This document shows, piece by piece, positions 34,650 through 49,251 of a stretch of DNA of 64,000 bases (its first letter is position 1; every line of letters starts with the position of its first letter). The notes below the pieces were generated by a model. That model made no database searches, was not told where the DNA came from, and saw nothing but the letters and a program-made list of their open reading frames with translations. The translations under genes were made by a program, and so were the position numbers. Origin of the DNA: the human T2T-CHM13v2.0 reference genome, Homo sapiens. Location: NCBI RefSeq assembly GCF_009914755.1, contig NC_060936.1. One strand, 5' to 3'.

Positions 34650-36220
34650 TTTACTTATTTACCATTTTATTGTCTGTTTCCTCCAACTAAAATGAAAGCA
34701 TAGGTGGTACAGGGCAGATATTTATATCTGTTGTGCTCATTGGTATATTCCCAGAGTCTAAGACAATGCCTGAAAGAGAAGGCACTCAACGAGTATTTGT
34801 TGGATAATAAATAGTAGGTGTTTGATATATCATCTATTAATTAGTGAATAAATGAATGAATAGCATAGTACATGGAATTTAGTTTTCCAGAGATATCATG
34901 TGCATTTCACAGTAATCTTCCCTCTTAAATAGAAGCTATAGGTGCTATTTAACTCTTTATGACTCTGGATCATTGATATAACCTAAGTCACTGCAAAGTA
35001 ATGCCTTCACTGCCTATCAAAGCTTTTAAAACTGGCTATTCCTCAAGCATATTTTGTGTGTGCAGTCATTTCTCTCTACCACTCCTCACTGCTTTCTTTG
35101 TAGTTATTTTGGTCAAGTCCTTTTCTAATTTGCATGTTCAAACTCAGGCTTATTAAGCTCCTTAGAAATTAATCTGTTGCCTTTGATTGTCAACTAAGGG
35201 ATTTTCTTATAACTCAAATTCTATTATTTGAGTACTCAAACAGTTCTTAATGTACATTTTTGCTCCCCAGAAGTCACTCTGCCAACTTTCACATTTTACT
35301 GTGCAGTCAATTGAAGTAACAAAGCAAATGATTTCTGAAAGCCTGGGAAAATGGGCTATTAATGAAATTTTGGCTACTATATATGAATATATATATATTG
35401 GTATATATATATGTATAAACTATGAATTGTGATGTACTTCACACGCAGAAAGCAAAAGTCTTTGTGTACATAAAAGGGAATGCAAAAATCTGGATTTTAT
35501 GATCACTAAATTACTTTTCAAAGAAAAGTATATACTAAAATCCCCTAAAAATTCTTCAGTTAAAAGACTCATTCATACTTATTAAATTCACTATTTGCCT
35601 TTTCCCAGATTCAAATGTAACATCAAAATTCACTGATTTACTTTTCAAAGGTCCGAATTATTTTAATTGCTTTTTAGAATATGATGCCCTTAGCTCAATC
35701 AAGTAGTATTAATTCCATCTCTCTGTGCAACTAACTTAATAACCCTTTTAGCCTGTGGATGCAGAAAGTAGTTCAGAGCTTTGAAGATTTGTAACCAGAC
35801 CCCTTTAAGTCCCACAGATGACCTGATTAGGTTGATTAAAGTTCTCTGAACACCTTAGTCATTTTGCAGTGAGGCAGCTGCTGTATTACTCAGAGCAGTA
35901 ATATGTGCCTGACCTAATTCTTCAAACTTTACACTGGGGTCAAGCCGCTTAAAGCCAAAAGAGTTTTTGTTGTTTTGTTTTGTTTTATTGTATCAATAGA
36001 AAAGTAAAACATAATGATTTAGGGAAAAAAAATTCACCTTTCAGGGCTGATTTCTATCTTTGGCATTCTGAATCACTTTTTCCTATATTGGTCCTCCAAT
36101 TATGAGTTTCTTTTTTGCCATCTTCTCTCTGTCCTAATTCCTCAAGATAAGTTCTTCTCTTCTTGAAAAAAAAAAAAAAAAAGATGAGTTTACAGTCACT
36201 AGCTTTGAATCATGTCATAA

Positions 36221-36610
36221 TATTATGGGCTAAATTGTGTCCCTCTCTCCTAAATTTTAGAAGTTGAATCCTAACCCCTAGGACCCCAGAATGTGACTGC
36301 ATTTAGAAATAGAACCTTTAAAGAGGTAATTAAGGTAACATGGGCTCCTATAGGTGGGCCCTAATCCAATATGGTGGTATCCCTATTGAAGGAGATTATA
36401 AGAGATATGTGGGCACACAGAGGAAAGACCATCTGAAGACACAGGGAGAAGGCAACCATTTGCAAGCCAAGGGGAGAGGCCTTAAAAGAAGCCAAACTTA
36501 ATGACACTTTGATCTTGAACTTCTACCTTCCATAATTATGAAAAAGTAAATTGTTGTTTAAGCCACTGACTCTGTGGTGCTTTGTTATAGGAGTCCTAAC
36601 AAACTAATAA
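36221..36610 (+). mobile_element. MaLR solo LTR (MLT1B-like)
   Basis: tattatgggctaaattgtgtccc ... cagaatgtgactgcatttagaaatag ... aacaaactaata. Confidence 0.85.
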
Positions 36611-38071
36611 TGCAGCTTTGCCACTTCCTAAGCATATGACTTCTCTGTAACGGTGAAATCTATGTCTACTTTGAAGAATTTGGAGAATTAAGCAAAACAT
36701 ACGAAGTTCTCAATTTTCCTACATAATGCATTGCTGAAAATTTTCAAATTGGTTAAACTTGAACATCACGATTATGTATTCAGTAAATGGGACTCCATGT
36801 TCAGTATGCTATAAAAAAATTCCTAATTTCATCCAATTCTAAATATAATCTTTGACCATTGATTTTTAGAGTTTTGCACATGTTCTATAATTTTGTTCTT
36901 TGCTTTGACAATTAAACCACAGTCGACTGGCTTAAGATCAATGAATGTCCAATTAAGGATAAATTGTCCCAATTTTTGGCACCCTGATGCTTTCCAACTT
37001 TTTCTAAATTGAATTAAATGCATGAGACCACATTACTCATTATTAAAATCAGTACTCTTATACTTTCATTTTTTCCTTTCCATGCATATTATAAAATAAG
37101 TACAAAAGTATGAAAAAATCCAAATTATTAAATAAACCACTGCTACAAAGATTAAAATGGAGGATGCTGCCAGAATTGAACTATCAGCCGAGAGGCAACT
37201 CTACCAGGCTAAAAAAAAAAAAATGAATTCGTTATTTCAGGTCCACAGGTCTAAATTCAACCTGGAAAAGATGATGAAGGAGGTCAAATGTATAACAGTA
37301 CAGTTGTGGTTTATGTGCAAGCAATGACTCTGTTAGCTGAGTGCCTTGTTCTCAATAAGCAGTAGCTATTATGATTCTTATTGTTGTTGGTTTTGTTATA
37401 ATTGCTGATGTTAATATCTAAATGTATTCTAATTGTGTCATATGTCTAAGTAGATTGGTCTAAATAGATTGCAAGGACTTGCAGTCTACCAACAAACATC
37501 CATCAAGCACTGACTTTGTGCCAGGCATAGGACTAGAAGGTAGTGATGTGAGCCCCTGAGTCGCTCACATTCTAATGGATGAGGCACACACATGAGCAGA
37601 TCAACCCCAGTGTAGTGTGGCAAATGAGACAAGGCAAATGAGACAACCAAGGTGTGTCTAGAGTCTTCAACCACAACCCAACTGTCTCTCTTTTATGGGG
37701 AAGGGCCACAAGAGTAGAATCAGGGGGGACATCAAGAAGGATCTTAAAACCTGCACAGGAGAGAGGTACTATTGAATACTCCTCTGCCATCACAGTAACA
37801 GGCAAATAATATGTGCTTCAGTGATCATTTGTTCTGTGACCAACATGTTTGTTGTCCATTTTGTACTCTTCTCTTGGTCGCTGCTTATCAATGGTCTTTC
37901 AATAATTGTGCTCATAATTATGTTAAGGCATTCATATGCTGTACTTTATGTCTTTCAATCCAAAGACATTGAATATAAGATACACTCTGTTAAGTTTCAG
38001 CTGAAAAAAAGCAAAGCTCAGAACTGTCGTGTAGTCTGATAAAGCTTATGTAGCTGGGATGTGGTTAAACC

Positions 38072-38438
38072 TGCTATAGTCTGAATGTTTGTGTCCCCTC
38101 AAAATTCCTATGTTGAAACCCAATCCCTAGTGTGATAGTATTAGGAGGTAGATAGTATTGGGAGGTGATAAAGTCATGAGGGTGGAGACCTCATGAATGG
38201 GATTAGTGCTTTTATCAGACTGTAAAGAGACCAGAGTTCTCCTCTTCCACCACATGTGGATTCAGCAAGAAGATGCTGTTTATGAATCATGAAATGGGCC
38301 CTCACTAGACCTCAAATCTGCCAGCACTTTGATCTTGGACTTCCCAGCCTCCAGAACTGTGAGACATAAACTTTTATGCCATAGCCACCCAGTCTATGGC
38401 ATTTTGTTGTATTAATAGCAGCCCAGATGAACTGGTAC
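38072..38438 (+). mobile_element. MaLR solo LTR (MLT1A-like)
   Basis: tgctatagtctgaatgtttgtgtcccc ... gatcttggacttcccagcctccagaactgtgaga. Confidence 0.87.
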
Positions 38439-38654
38439 TACCTAGATATTCTGACCTCCTTCCAGAAAGTCACCAGATGACTAGTGCACGGTGCTTGCTC
38501 TTATACTGCGTTACCCTGTGCTATTGTGAAACAACTGTCCTTTATAAAATGTAGGTCTGTAAAAGGGATCACAACAGCCACTGCTATTCGCAAATTATCG
38601 AGACCACCCAAATTAATAAGTCATATTAATCACAGACTCACCCAATATGATGAC

Positions 38655-39065
38655 AAAGGGAATCTTAAAAACCATCTAGTTAAACTCTCCATATTTGACT
38701 GATAAGGAAACCAACGCCAAAGAATAAATAACATGCCCAAGGTCACCTAGGAAATAGGCTGGAGAGCTAGGGCTGAAACACCAGCTGCCATCCTTCTGTA
38801 CTGCTAATAATTAGGTAACTTAGGTAACTATCAATTAGATCTTTGAGGAACAATATGTGTGGCAGTTTAGAAAAGAGACCCCACAGCCAGAGACCCTCTG
38901 ATTAGAATCTGCTCCACAACACATACCAGCTGTCACTTAAACTTTCTGGACCTTAGTTTCTTGTCTGTAAAATGGGAATAATAATCATATCAACTCAGAG
39001 AGTTAAATGAGATAACATGGCTGAAGCACTTCGAGTCATACCTAACAGAGTAAGTATTCAATGAA
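38655..39065. mobile_element. Two MIR fragments (minus ~38655-38790; plus ~38860-39065)
   Basis: gataaggaaaccaa ... tgcccaaggtcac; cttagtttcttgtctgtaaaatgggaataata. Confidence 0.7.
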
Positions 39066-40498
39066 AGGAAGATGGCATGCTTATCTTCACTACTCATGCT
39101 ACAGACACTAGGTAGATACTATTGTAAAAGCTATGTTATGGTCAAAATGCTAGAAATGTTGATTTGCCAGTCCCAGTGCAGGATTGTGCAAGAGAATTTC
39201 ACAGGCCACAGAGGGCTGCCTACCGTGGCCACCTTTGAGGTTACTACTCCAATCTAGAACACCTAAAGATAGAAATTTGCAAAATCCTGGGAAATGCCTC
39301 ATGTTCAAAACAGAGTAGTCTACTATGCAAGCCAATATCTCTCTTCTATGGATATTGGTCATTAAAACCTTTCTAACTTAATATCTATGGACTATTAAAT
39401 CTAAATATTTTTAACAGCATTAAGCACCCTGGATTGCTGTGTATAAATCTACTCCATTTTTACCAGTTAAAACGTTCCGCACTAGACACATTTTTGCTAG
39501 TACATTAGAACCACACAGTTAGTACCTTTTTTTTCCCCTGAGAGAAAGAGTCTACATTTCTGACACTGCTAGAGGAAACAAAGCTACTTTGTTATTAAAC
39601 TACCATTGTTTTTAGTTCCTTTGTCCACAAAACCATAATGAGACACATACAGAGTATCCACATTTAGATCTGGTGTGCTAACAGAATGCTTTCTTTCGGG
39701 GAAAAAAAGTATATATAAAGAAAATTACTGTACAAATAAACATGTCCACCTGTTGACAGTGCTGGTAACCACTGGGCAATATACTTTGTCTCTCTGAGAC
39801 TTTGTCACAGAAACCACTATATCTAAGGTGACTTCTAAAGAAGGTACACATTTCTCATGACCTTCTCAGATGGACAAATCTGCATTGAATGAGTTAGAAA
39901 GACAAGAATAATTTGCTCAGAAATCATAGACGTTATAAGTGAAGTTACTACGCTTTTTAATTCAGAAATTTGGCACAAGAGACCAAATAAGCATTTAGAG
40001 AATTTTATAGAAAGAAAAATCTCTAGCAGTGATTAGGTTCAGCTAAGTGGAAGCTCAGTTTCTCAGTATAAAGGTAGCAAAGCTGGGAAACCCCAATATA
40101 TATTCAACGGCTAAATCATTCCTGACTCTTGACCATGAATCCCACAACTCCCTGTTTTGTTTTTACTTGCATGAATCACTGGTGCAATGCCTCATTAATT
40201 TGCAAAAGTAAGGATTTTTTTTAAGTGACATACTCTATACTTTTAAATTCTATATACACATTACATATTAGGTGAAAAGATTAGAGGCTACAAAACCATT
40301 CCTGATTTGATTGCTTTAGGTAAAAATAAATTTAAAAAATATAAAAAGTAAAATTCAGGAAGAAAATTATTAATAAACAGAAATAAATTCAATTATTTCT
40401 TCCCTCTTTTGTTTGGTAAAATAGTAGATTGGGCCTCCCTTCTCTCTGAGTCCTTAGAATATACACATGCTCATACATCTACAAGAGTTTTTCAAATA

Positions 40499-40832
40499 GA
40501 GTAGTCCCCTGTTACTCACAGGGGATACGTACCAAGACCCCCAGTGGAGTCTAAAACCACAAATAGTAGTGAACCCTATATATACTAGGTTTTTTTTTTC
40601 TGTACATACATACCTGTGATGAAGTTAATTTACAAATTAGGTACAGTAAGAGATTAACAATAACAACTAATAATAAAATAGAGCAATATACTCTAACAAA
40701 AGTTACGTGAATGTGGTCTCTCTCTTCTCTCAAAATATTTTATTCTACTATACTCACTTATTTTAGGACTCTGGTTGATTGCAGGTAATTGAAAGCTTGG
40801 AAAGCAAAACCCTGGATAAGAGGGACCTACTG
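40499..40832 (-). mobile_element. MER44A (Tigger7-derived) DNA transposon
   Basis: TIRs gagtagtcccctgtta ... ggataagagggacctactg; homologous in inverted orientation to 47485-47928. Confidence 0.88.
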
Positions 40833-41834
40833 CTCACAGTCTCTCCAGGGACCTTATGTCAAATCTGAGAGGGGAGAAGAAATGTATGAAGACAGAACCA
40901 TTTTATGGAGCATGGGGCTCTGCCAGGCGCAGCTATAGATGTTATCACATCCATCTTCTCAGCCACCCTGTGAAGGAGTTATCAGCAGGCCCATGCAGAC
41001 AAAGAAATTGAGGAAGATTCAGTGATTCGCTCCAGGTCAGCAGCTGGTAAGTGTAGAGTCAGTACTAAAGCAGGGTCTGTGGGGATATTGTCACACCAAA
41101 GGGTTAGGGCCTGGAAGACCTGGATATACCCCCGACCTGCTACCACCTCAGGTCTGGGAAAGATCACACTTTAAGCTTTTTTTTTCCTTTTTTTTTTTTT
41201 AACTGCAATGAGACAGAAATTTCAGAAGAGGAAAAGAATCTGGAAACAGAATCTCTGAATCTCTGACCGTCTAATGCTGCAGGTTTTGGAAGGCTGCCAA
41301 CGTGCTCAAGGAGCCATGGAGAAAATAAGTGCTGTCCCTTCAAAGAAACGTCTTTCAGAAAGGAAAAAAAAAAAAAAAAAAAATACCATGAACGGCCTTC
41401 TTTCTCTAGAAGACTGGAGGGATTTTTCCCTCAGGTCAATGACCATCACATAACTGATCATATTTTCGTTTTTGTTTTGGCCCGTGGCAAGCATAGAATC
41501 AAATTTACAGCTCAATTTTATTAACCTCATAGGACACTCTAGTCTAAATATTTATTCTAGCTTTTGACATGGCCTTTCCTTTTTATGTTTATATATTCCT
41601 AGGTACCAATTTTCAACTGTTTTATACTGTACTAGCTTGTAGATTATGTATGCTTGCTGACAAACTCAGTTCCTATGTAACCAATAGACAAAATAAATAA
41701 TTACTTCAATAAATAAATAATTTGGTCACTCTCTTTAGTACCTGATACAGTTGTTAGTCTATATTAGTTTTTATTAACTATTCAATATATTTACTTCACA
41801 TTACAAGTTTTACTAATTGTATTCAAGTTATTTT

Positions 41835-42340
41835 CTTATTCAGACAAAACACAATTGTCAAGTATACACCATATGCCAGGCACTGAGCTATGGGTTGGGC
41901 TTCCAAGGGAAGCAGCACACACACGGCCTTTGCTTTCAGGAAAACAATGTTCTTGTCTCACATACAGAAAAATAAGTGCTGTTGCTATCTGTGATAAGTG
42001 CAAGGATGAACTACAGGGAGCCCATAACAAATAGACTTGAGCTAAACCCAAGGGTGGGCAGGATTTCCCCAGGCATGTAGCGTCTGAACTAAGCTCCAGC
42101 AGCATTATGTAAGAGAAGAGGGGAGTGGAGCAAGATTGGAGTTGCGGGTGCATTTCAAGCAGAGAAAACATGTGCAAGGACCTAAGGGTAGACAGGAAGG
42201 TGGCTTCCTTCAAACCCAAAAGAAGGCAAGTATGTCCAGAACTTGGAGACCCAGGGAAGGAATTGGCCTTACGGTTGACAGACAAGCCGTGTTAAAGATT
42301 TTGGTCTTTGTCTTAAGAACAATGATGAGGATATTAAATG
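41835..42340 (-). mobile_element. L2 LINE 3' fragment
   Basis: caccatatgccaggcactgagcta ... gttaaagattttggtctttgtcttaagaacaatg. Confidence 0.65.
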
Positions 42341-42469
42341 ACTTGCTCGAAGTAATCTATCCAGTAAATAAAGATGGGTATAGAGAATATAAATAAAACA
42401 AAATGTTAATATCTTCTAACCAGTAATCAATGCTAAGGGGAAATCTAAAATAATCATTGCGTTAGCACT

Positions 42470-42680
42470 TTCGCATATAGGATGTCATCAAAATCTCACA
42501 AGAATTCTATTTAAATAGTTATTACTAAATGTATCATTACATCTCCTAGGTTACAGATGAGAAAACTGATGCTCAGGAGAGTTAAGTGATTTGCTTTGAG
42601 ATTACAGTCAGAAAGGTGGTAAAACTGGGACGAGAAATCGCAGCTAGTTAATTGAAATCTTACATTCTCTCCATGAAGCA
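42470..42680 (-). mobile_element. MIR SINE
   Basis: ttacagatgagaaaactgatgctcaggagagttaagtgatttgc. Confidence 0.8.
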
Positions 42681-43894
42681 TGCCCCACGTGGTGGTTAGC
42701 TGGTCCTTTAAATTCACTTTCAGAACTGGGTACCAGGGAACAAATCGGCAGATGCAAACCTGTCTGTAAAACTGACCTTGAGCTCCATTCTTGAGGCATG
42801 TAATTGACAGCAGAGGAGAATATATGAGGCAGAGTTTGTAAGTTATTCTAATAAATGGAAAGTCATTATCTAGATTATTCATGCACATGCATGATCAATC
42901 TTGGATTTTTACAAGGGAAAGAAAACAAAACATATTTCACCATTGAAAGGTAATTTGAAATTTGTAACACTTAAGATATTAAAAACCTAGATGACCCTTA
43001 CCTTTACATGCTTCGATTTTAAGAAGCTAGAATTCAGGTAGAATTGAATGTTGTTATTTCCATCCCTAATGAGGGGGAAATAAAAATTTGAAGAGGATCT
43101 GAAGAAACTGTTCCATTTGTTACATAAACAGTGTTCTTTGCTGTTGTTTTTGCCAAAAACAAACTTTTTGCCATTTTGGTTGAAATGGTACTCATGCCAA
43201 CAAAGAAGAAAATCTCATGAGAAAAAAAAGGAGCCATAGAAGAGAGGCAAACTCCCTGGAAAGTCATTCGGCTCCAGGGGCAGAGCAATCTCATCAGGTC
43301 CTCAGCAGCAAACGCTCTTGAATTGCCCTCAGGAGTGCTGCCATTCCCAGGACCCCACAGTCCTTCTGCGAGTCATCTTCCTTCTATTCACAATGTGGCA
43401 GCATTTGTTAGGAATCCCCTGGTTGTCATAGAATAGGAGCATGAGCTTGGACAGGGTCTCTGTCTTCTTAGCTGTGAGAATTCACTAAATCTCTGTCACA
43501 TCCCAATCTCTCTCCTCCCCTGACTATCCACTTTCTCCTCTCCTCTGTGTCATTTCCCTACATGACACCTCTGCTTGCTAATACTTGTGGGTGATCATTG
43601 CTTTGGTTCATTCACAACCCCTATAGGCCTCTGTGATCTTAGGGCCTCAGTGCACCCGAGTTCTTGCCATGTGAGTTTTGGTGGCTGCCCCTCCCTCTGT
43701 GTTCCTCCATCTGTATTCCTCAGTACATATTCACAAGAGAAAACCTGATTGCTCTCATTAATGACCCCTGTTCCAGTTTTGGTATAGCTGCTTCTATGAG
43801 GCCACTTTGTGGACTGCCAGCATGGGCCACCCTTGGCCCAGGCAATCACCACTCTCTTGGTAAGATGGAGCTGAGAGAGGTCACATGGAGAATC

Positions 43895-44130
43895 ACTTGG
43901 TACCAATGTGAGAGCAAGCTCTGTGATCTGACCACTTGGGTTCAAATCCCGGCTCTGCCAATTACCACTGTGGGACTTTGGGCAGATTCCTCAATGTCCT
44001 CTCTAAAAAAGGAGGGTAACTGTAACACATACCTCACTGGGCTGTGAAGATTAAATGAAACAACACACGAAAAGAATTTAGGGCTGTATTTAGTACTAAT
44101 AAGGACTCCATAAGAGTTAGCTATTATTAT
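43895..44130 (+). mobile_element. MIR SINE
   Basis: gggttcaaatcccggctctgcc ... tacctcactgggctgtgaagattaaatga. Confidence 0.8.
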
Positions 44131-45029
44131 GCACATCCATGTAGCCGTGAGCATACTAATTGCCCTTGACTGGGAACTGAAGGCCCAGAGGAACCCATCA
44201 ATAATTTGTTCAGTCACAAGTGTGAATTTCATCAGCTTCAGCTCTGCCTGTCAAAGCTCACTAACAAGGTCTTGGATTTTTGGATTTTTTTCCTCTCTAA
44301 ATTATTTTCACCTCACCAGTTTCCATCTGAAAAATTAATATACACAAGTGTGGGGAACTTCTGGAATAGGCTATCGAAAATCCACTTCTTTGTTGGAGCA
44401 AGTGAAGTATTATGGTTGAGTTTAGACAGCTTTTTGTGGTTGTTTAGGTGAAGACTTTCACGTTTCTGTGTGTATTTAAGAAGAATTTCCTCATCACTGC
44501 AGGACCTGTTAAGATCTAGAGGAATTATCTGGCAGGCTGGAAAATTAGCTTATTTAAATCTGGTTTAATCAAGCCAAATAAGTCATAGGAGAAGAACTAA
44601 CTAAATTTTCATATTTAAATCCGCACGTTTAACTGTTATGTGACAATACAGAAACAGCTTTAGTCCAAGGTGGCATAATCTCTGACCCCACCTGAACTGA
44701 TCTGTCTATGAAATGGCTGTTACAGCCTAATCCTGAGATGACGTGAAGTCACCACATCCCCACTGTGCAACCCTGGGGAGCACCATTCACACCATATTCT
44801 AGAATACCTTGAAAAAGCCCTATCCGAAGTCTAGACCTTCCAGAAAATCTCATCAGGGTAGGATGAAGAAAAGACTACAGATGTTGAAAAGTTTCCAAAT
44901 TCACAGACTGATATTTGTTCCGTGGTTGCAGCATCGTTATCTGTCATTAACATAAAACTCAGAAAACCGTAAATTGGACCGTGTTACCTCCCATTTTCAA
45001 TCCCTCTAATAGCACAGAACAAGAGCACT

Positions 45030-45455
45030 TCAGTGTGTATGAGTGCTGCTGCCTCTCTCTGCAGCCTCATCTCATGACAGCTTCCTCAACCCTGCCCTGG
45101 CTCAAAACACTTCAGCTCCTTTGCCTCCTTTCTGAGCCCAGCACATGCCAAGGTCTCTCCCAGCTTATGGGGCCCAGGCCCACATGAGCCCCCTCTCTCA
45201 TCACCTACCTGAGACTGCTCCTGCAGCCCCAACCCAGCATTTCCAATCTCAGCACACTATTTGTTTCCCACATAGCACTTATGGCTTTTAATTATTCTAT
45301 TCAAGATCTCACTTGAATTCTGAGATCTCTGCTCTTCAACTAAAGCTGCATGAAAGTGGGAACTACCTCTATTTTACTTACCATTAGGGCTCCAATATTT
45401 AGCAAAGTGTCTGGCCCACAGGAGGTACTCAATAAATATTTTTTGAATGAATTAA
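45030..45455 (+). mobile_element. L2 LINE 3' fragment
   Basis: Ends gtctggcccacaggaggtactcaataaatattttttgaatgaat. Confidence 0.7.
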
Positions 45456-45611
45456 GGAAAGGAGGGAAACCTAAGGGCAATTCACATGCTGCAGAGGAAG
45501 AAATAAGTGTCTTGTCCCTTAATGCAAGTAGATGGACAAAAGCTGAGAGAAAATACAGCAGACTAAAAACTTCTGTCCACACAAAAACCTGCACACAAAT
45601 GTTTATATTAA

Positions 45612-46033
45612 TGATGCAGGATTTTTTGCTCCTTAGTTCAGCTAAAATCCGGGTTCTTGTCACATGACCAGGAAAATTTAGGCACATGGACATATTGAAA
45701 GGTAAGGAGAGTGGAATTTATTAAAAGAAAACTCTCAGTGAAAAAAAGGGGTCCTACCAACAGGCTCCCAGCTCACAAATTGAGTACCAAGCCACCACAC
45801 AGGAGCTGAAGAGGCCAGGCTCCTCCCTCTGCATAAGGTGTGAACTCCCAATGGCTCCGCTGCACTCTCCCAGTGTGCAGGCGGGCTCTTAATCTGAGCC
45901 GCTCCACATTGATTTATTTCCCTTACTGCGCATGTGTTAAGGAAGGGACGGAACTTTTCAGCATGGGCATATTTAGGCAAGCCCCCTGTGCACAATGACC
46001 TGGGTGGCATTTGACTGTCTCCTGTCTCTGTCA
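45612..46033 (-). mobile_element. ERV1 solo LTR (MER61-like)
   Basis: tgatgcaggattttttgctcc ... tctctgtca; 4-bp TSD ttaa / ataa; minus-strand aataaa; p53-like site as known for MER61. Confidence 0.75.
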
Positions 46034-46247
46034 ATAACATTATTCATAATCGTCAAAAACTGCAAACAACCAATAAATCCTTCAATAGGCGAATGAATAA
46101 ACAAACTATGCTACATCTGTACAATGAAATACCATTCTAGCCATTAAAAGAAAGAAGCTATCAAGCCACAAAAATAAAGGAGGAACTCTGGATATATATT
46201 CAGAGTGAAAGAAACATCTGAAAAGGCTACATAATGTTTGATTCCAA

Positions 46248-46711
46248 TGTATTTGTTTCTGAGGGCTGCCTCAACAAATTACCACATACCAAGTGGCTTA
46301 CAACAATAGAAATGTAATCTCTAGCAGCTCTGGAGGCTGAAAGTCCAAAAATAAAGATGACGGCCAGACTATGCTCTCTTGAAGGCTCAGGGGAGAAACT
46401 GTCCATGCCTTTCTGTTAGAATCTGGAGTTGCCGGCAATCCTTGGCATTCCTTGGCTTGAAGCTGCATAACTCCAACCTCTACCTCCATTATTACATAGT
46501 GTTCTTCCTGTGTCTGCATCTGTGTCCAAATTTTTCTCTTCTTATAAGAAAACCATTCATATTGGATTAAGGGCCTACTCTACTTCAGTGTGACCTCATC
46601 TTAAATAATTGCATGTGCAATTCCCCAGTAGAATCTTGTTTCAGGGTACTAGAGGTTAGAATTTCAACATATCTTTTTGGAGGTGTCTTGTTCACAATTC
46701 AGCTCATAACA
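46248..46711 (-). mobile_element. MaLR solo LTR (MLT1C-like)
   Basis: tgtatttgtttctgagggctgcc ... caattcagctcataaca; TSD tccaa / ttcaa. Confidence 0.87.
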
Positions 46712-47101
46712 TTCAACTCTATGCCATTTTGGAAAATGCGAAATTATTGAGAGAGTAAAAAGGATTCGCAGTTGCCTGGAGATTAGGGGATGAGGAGGAG
46801 AGGGTGAATAGGTAAAGCACAGGAGATTTTTAGGGCATCGGACATACTCTTCTGTGTGATGCTACAATGGTGCATACATGGCAGCCTGCATTTTTCCAAA
46901 TACTTAGAACCCTGCAACATAGTGAGTCAACCCTAATATAAACTATGGACTTTAGTTAATAAGAATGGATCAGTAGTGGTTTATAATTATAACAAATGTA
47001 CCACACTAACGCAAGACATTAACAGGGAAAACTGGGATGGGGAAGTAATATAAGAACTCTTTCTTTCTGTTCAACTTTTTTGTAAGCCTAAAACAATTCT
47101 T

Positions 47102-47414
<313 letters not shown>

Positions 47415-47484
47415 CTATTAATAAAAAATGAAAAAAAAAAACAGGCCACAGTTCAGATTTGGTTTCTTCTAAGAGTAGATGGTA

Positions 47485-47928
47485 CAGTAGTCCCCCTTTA
47501 TCTGTAGTTTTGAGATTTATGATTTCAGTTATTCTTGGTTAACTGTAGCTCAAGGAAAATACCAGAAATAAACAATTTATAAGTTTTAAATGCTGTGTCA
47601 CAATGCCTACATTATTCATCTCACCTCTTACTACTTAGGCATTTCATCATCTCACATCATTAAAGAAGGGTAAGTAAAGAACAATAAAATATTTTGAGAG
47701 ATCATATTCACATAACTTTTATGACAATATATCATTATAACTGTTCTATTTTGTTATTAGTTATTGCTTTTCATCTCTTAATGTGTCTATTTTACAAATT
47801 AAACTTTATCATAAGTATGTACATAATTAAAAAAAATATAGTGCATATAGGGTTCAATACCATCCATGGTTTCAAGCATTCACTGGGGGTCTTGAAAGGT
47901 ATTCCTCATGAATAAGGAGGGACTGCAG
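47485..47928 (+). mobile_element. MER44B-like DNA transposon
   Basis: ta|cagtagtccccctttatc ... aataaggagggactgcag|ta, with TA target duplication. Confidence 0.85.
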
Positions 47929-48803
47929 TATATAGTCTTGTCTTTCTGCAGTTTTAAGAAAGGCATTTATCCATAAAGTATTCTTTACTCCTTTCATGTA
48001 GTTTTTTCTTCTTTTCATTTGCCAATTATCATGACTACAAACCTCAATGTTCCAATTACTCTGTGGGAAGCTGTTAGATATCAAAAATTCTGTCCCAGAA
48101 ACCAGTCTTGGATTTTAGTGCTCTTTCACCAAAGTTTAACATTCAAAGTTGCTGGTTTTCTTTGGTCTTGGCAAGTTGTGTGTCATGGAAAAAAATAAAA
48201 AATTTTTTAAAAACCCGACAGGACAAAGAGGACAAAGAGGACAAAGAGTCAGTAGTATGGAAATATAATCTACCATACATACCAGAACATTTTGGATAGT
48301 AAAAGGGGAAAAGGGGAGCTGTTAAGTGTAAAATAAACAGTCCCAGGAAGACTGGGACATGAAATCACCCAAACCAAAGAGTCCATATTGGAGCTCCAGC
48401 CCTGCTACATATCATTTGGCTATATCATTTATCCAAGTCCCATTTGCACAATGGAAGCCTGTAGGCTGAAATACTGTTCAGGGACACCAGACACTGATCT
48501 GTTTCTCTTTTTCTTCCCTGCTACAGATAAAGATAAAGCCTTCTTAGTTTCAAGGACAAAGAGATCCAGATGTTTGTAACAGTCCTTCACATAAGATAAT
48601 ATAAAGAATCTTCCAGAAAAGAGATGTAAGCCCTACATTTAAAGAGTGATGCTACTGTAAGAATTGAGCTTTCCAGTTCTAGCAAGACCATACCTGGCAC
48701 AGTCAGGTGCCTGTTAGGGATGGGGGAGGGAGGCAACAGATATTTTGCTGAGATGTAAGTATTTGCTCTTGTTTTTGGTCCACATTCCATTTCATATTCT
48801 TAA

Positions 48804-49251
48804 TGCACTGGGTTTAATAGTGTCTCCTAATAATCCATGCTTACCCAGAACCTCAGAATGTGACCTTATTTAGAAATAGGGTATTTGTAGATGTAATCAA
48901 ATTAAGATGAGGTTATATTGGAAGTAGTGTGGGTCCTAATTTCAATATCAATGGTATCCTTATAAGAAGAGAAGAGCCACAGACACACAGGGGACAAGCC
49001 TCCAAAAAGACGGAGGCAGAGATTGGAGTGACGTATCTACCAGCCAAGGAACCCAGGAATTGCTGGAAACCACCAGGGGCTAGGAGAGAGGCATGGAACT
49101 GATTCTTCTCAGAACCTGAAGAAGGAACTGACCCTGCCAACCCCTAGATTTCAGATTTTTGATTTCCAGAACTGTGAAAGAGTAAGTTTCTGCTGTTTTA
49201 AGCCATCCAGTCTGTACCAATTTGTTAAGGCATCTCTAGGAAACTAATATA
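48804..49251 (+). mobile_element. MaLR solo LTR (MLT1C-like)
   Basis: cagaacctcagaatgtgaccttatttagaaatagg ... ctaggaaactaatata. Confidence 0.87.
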
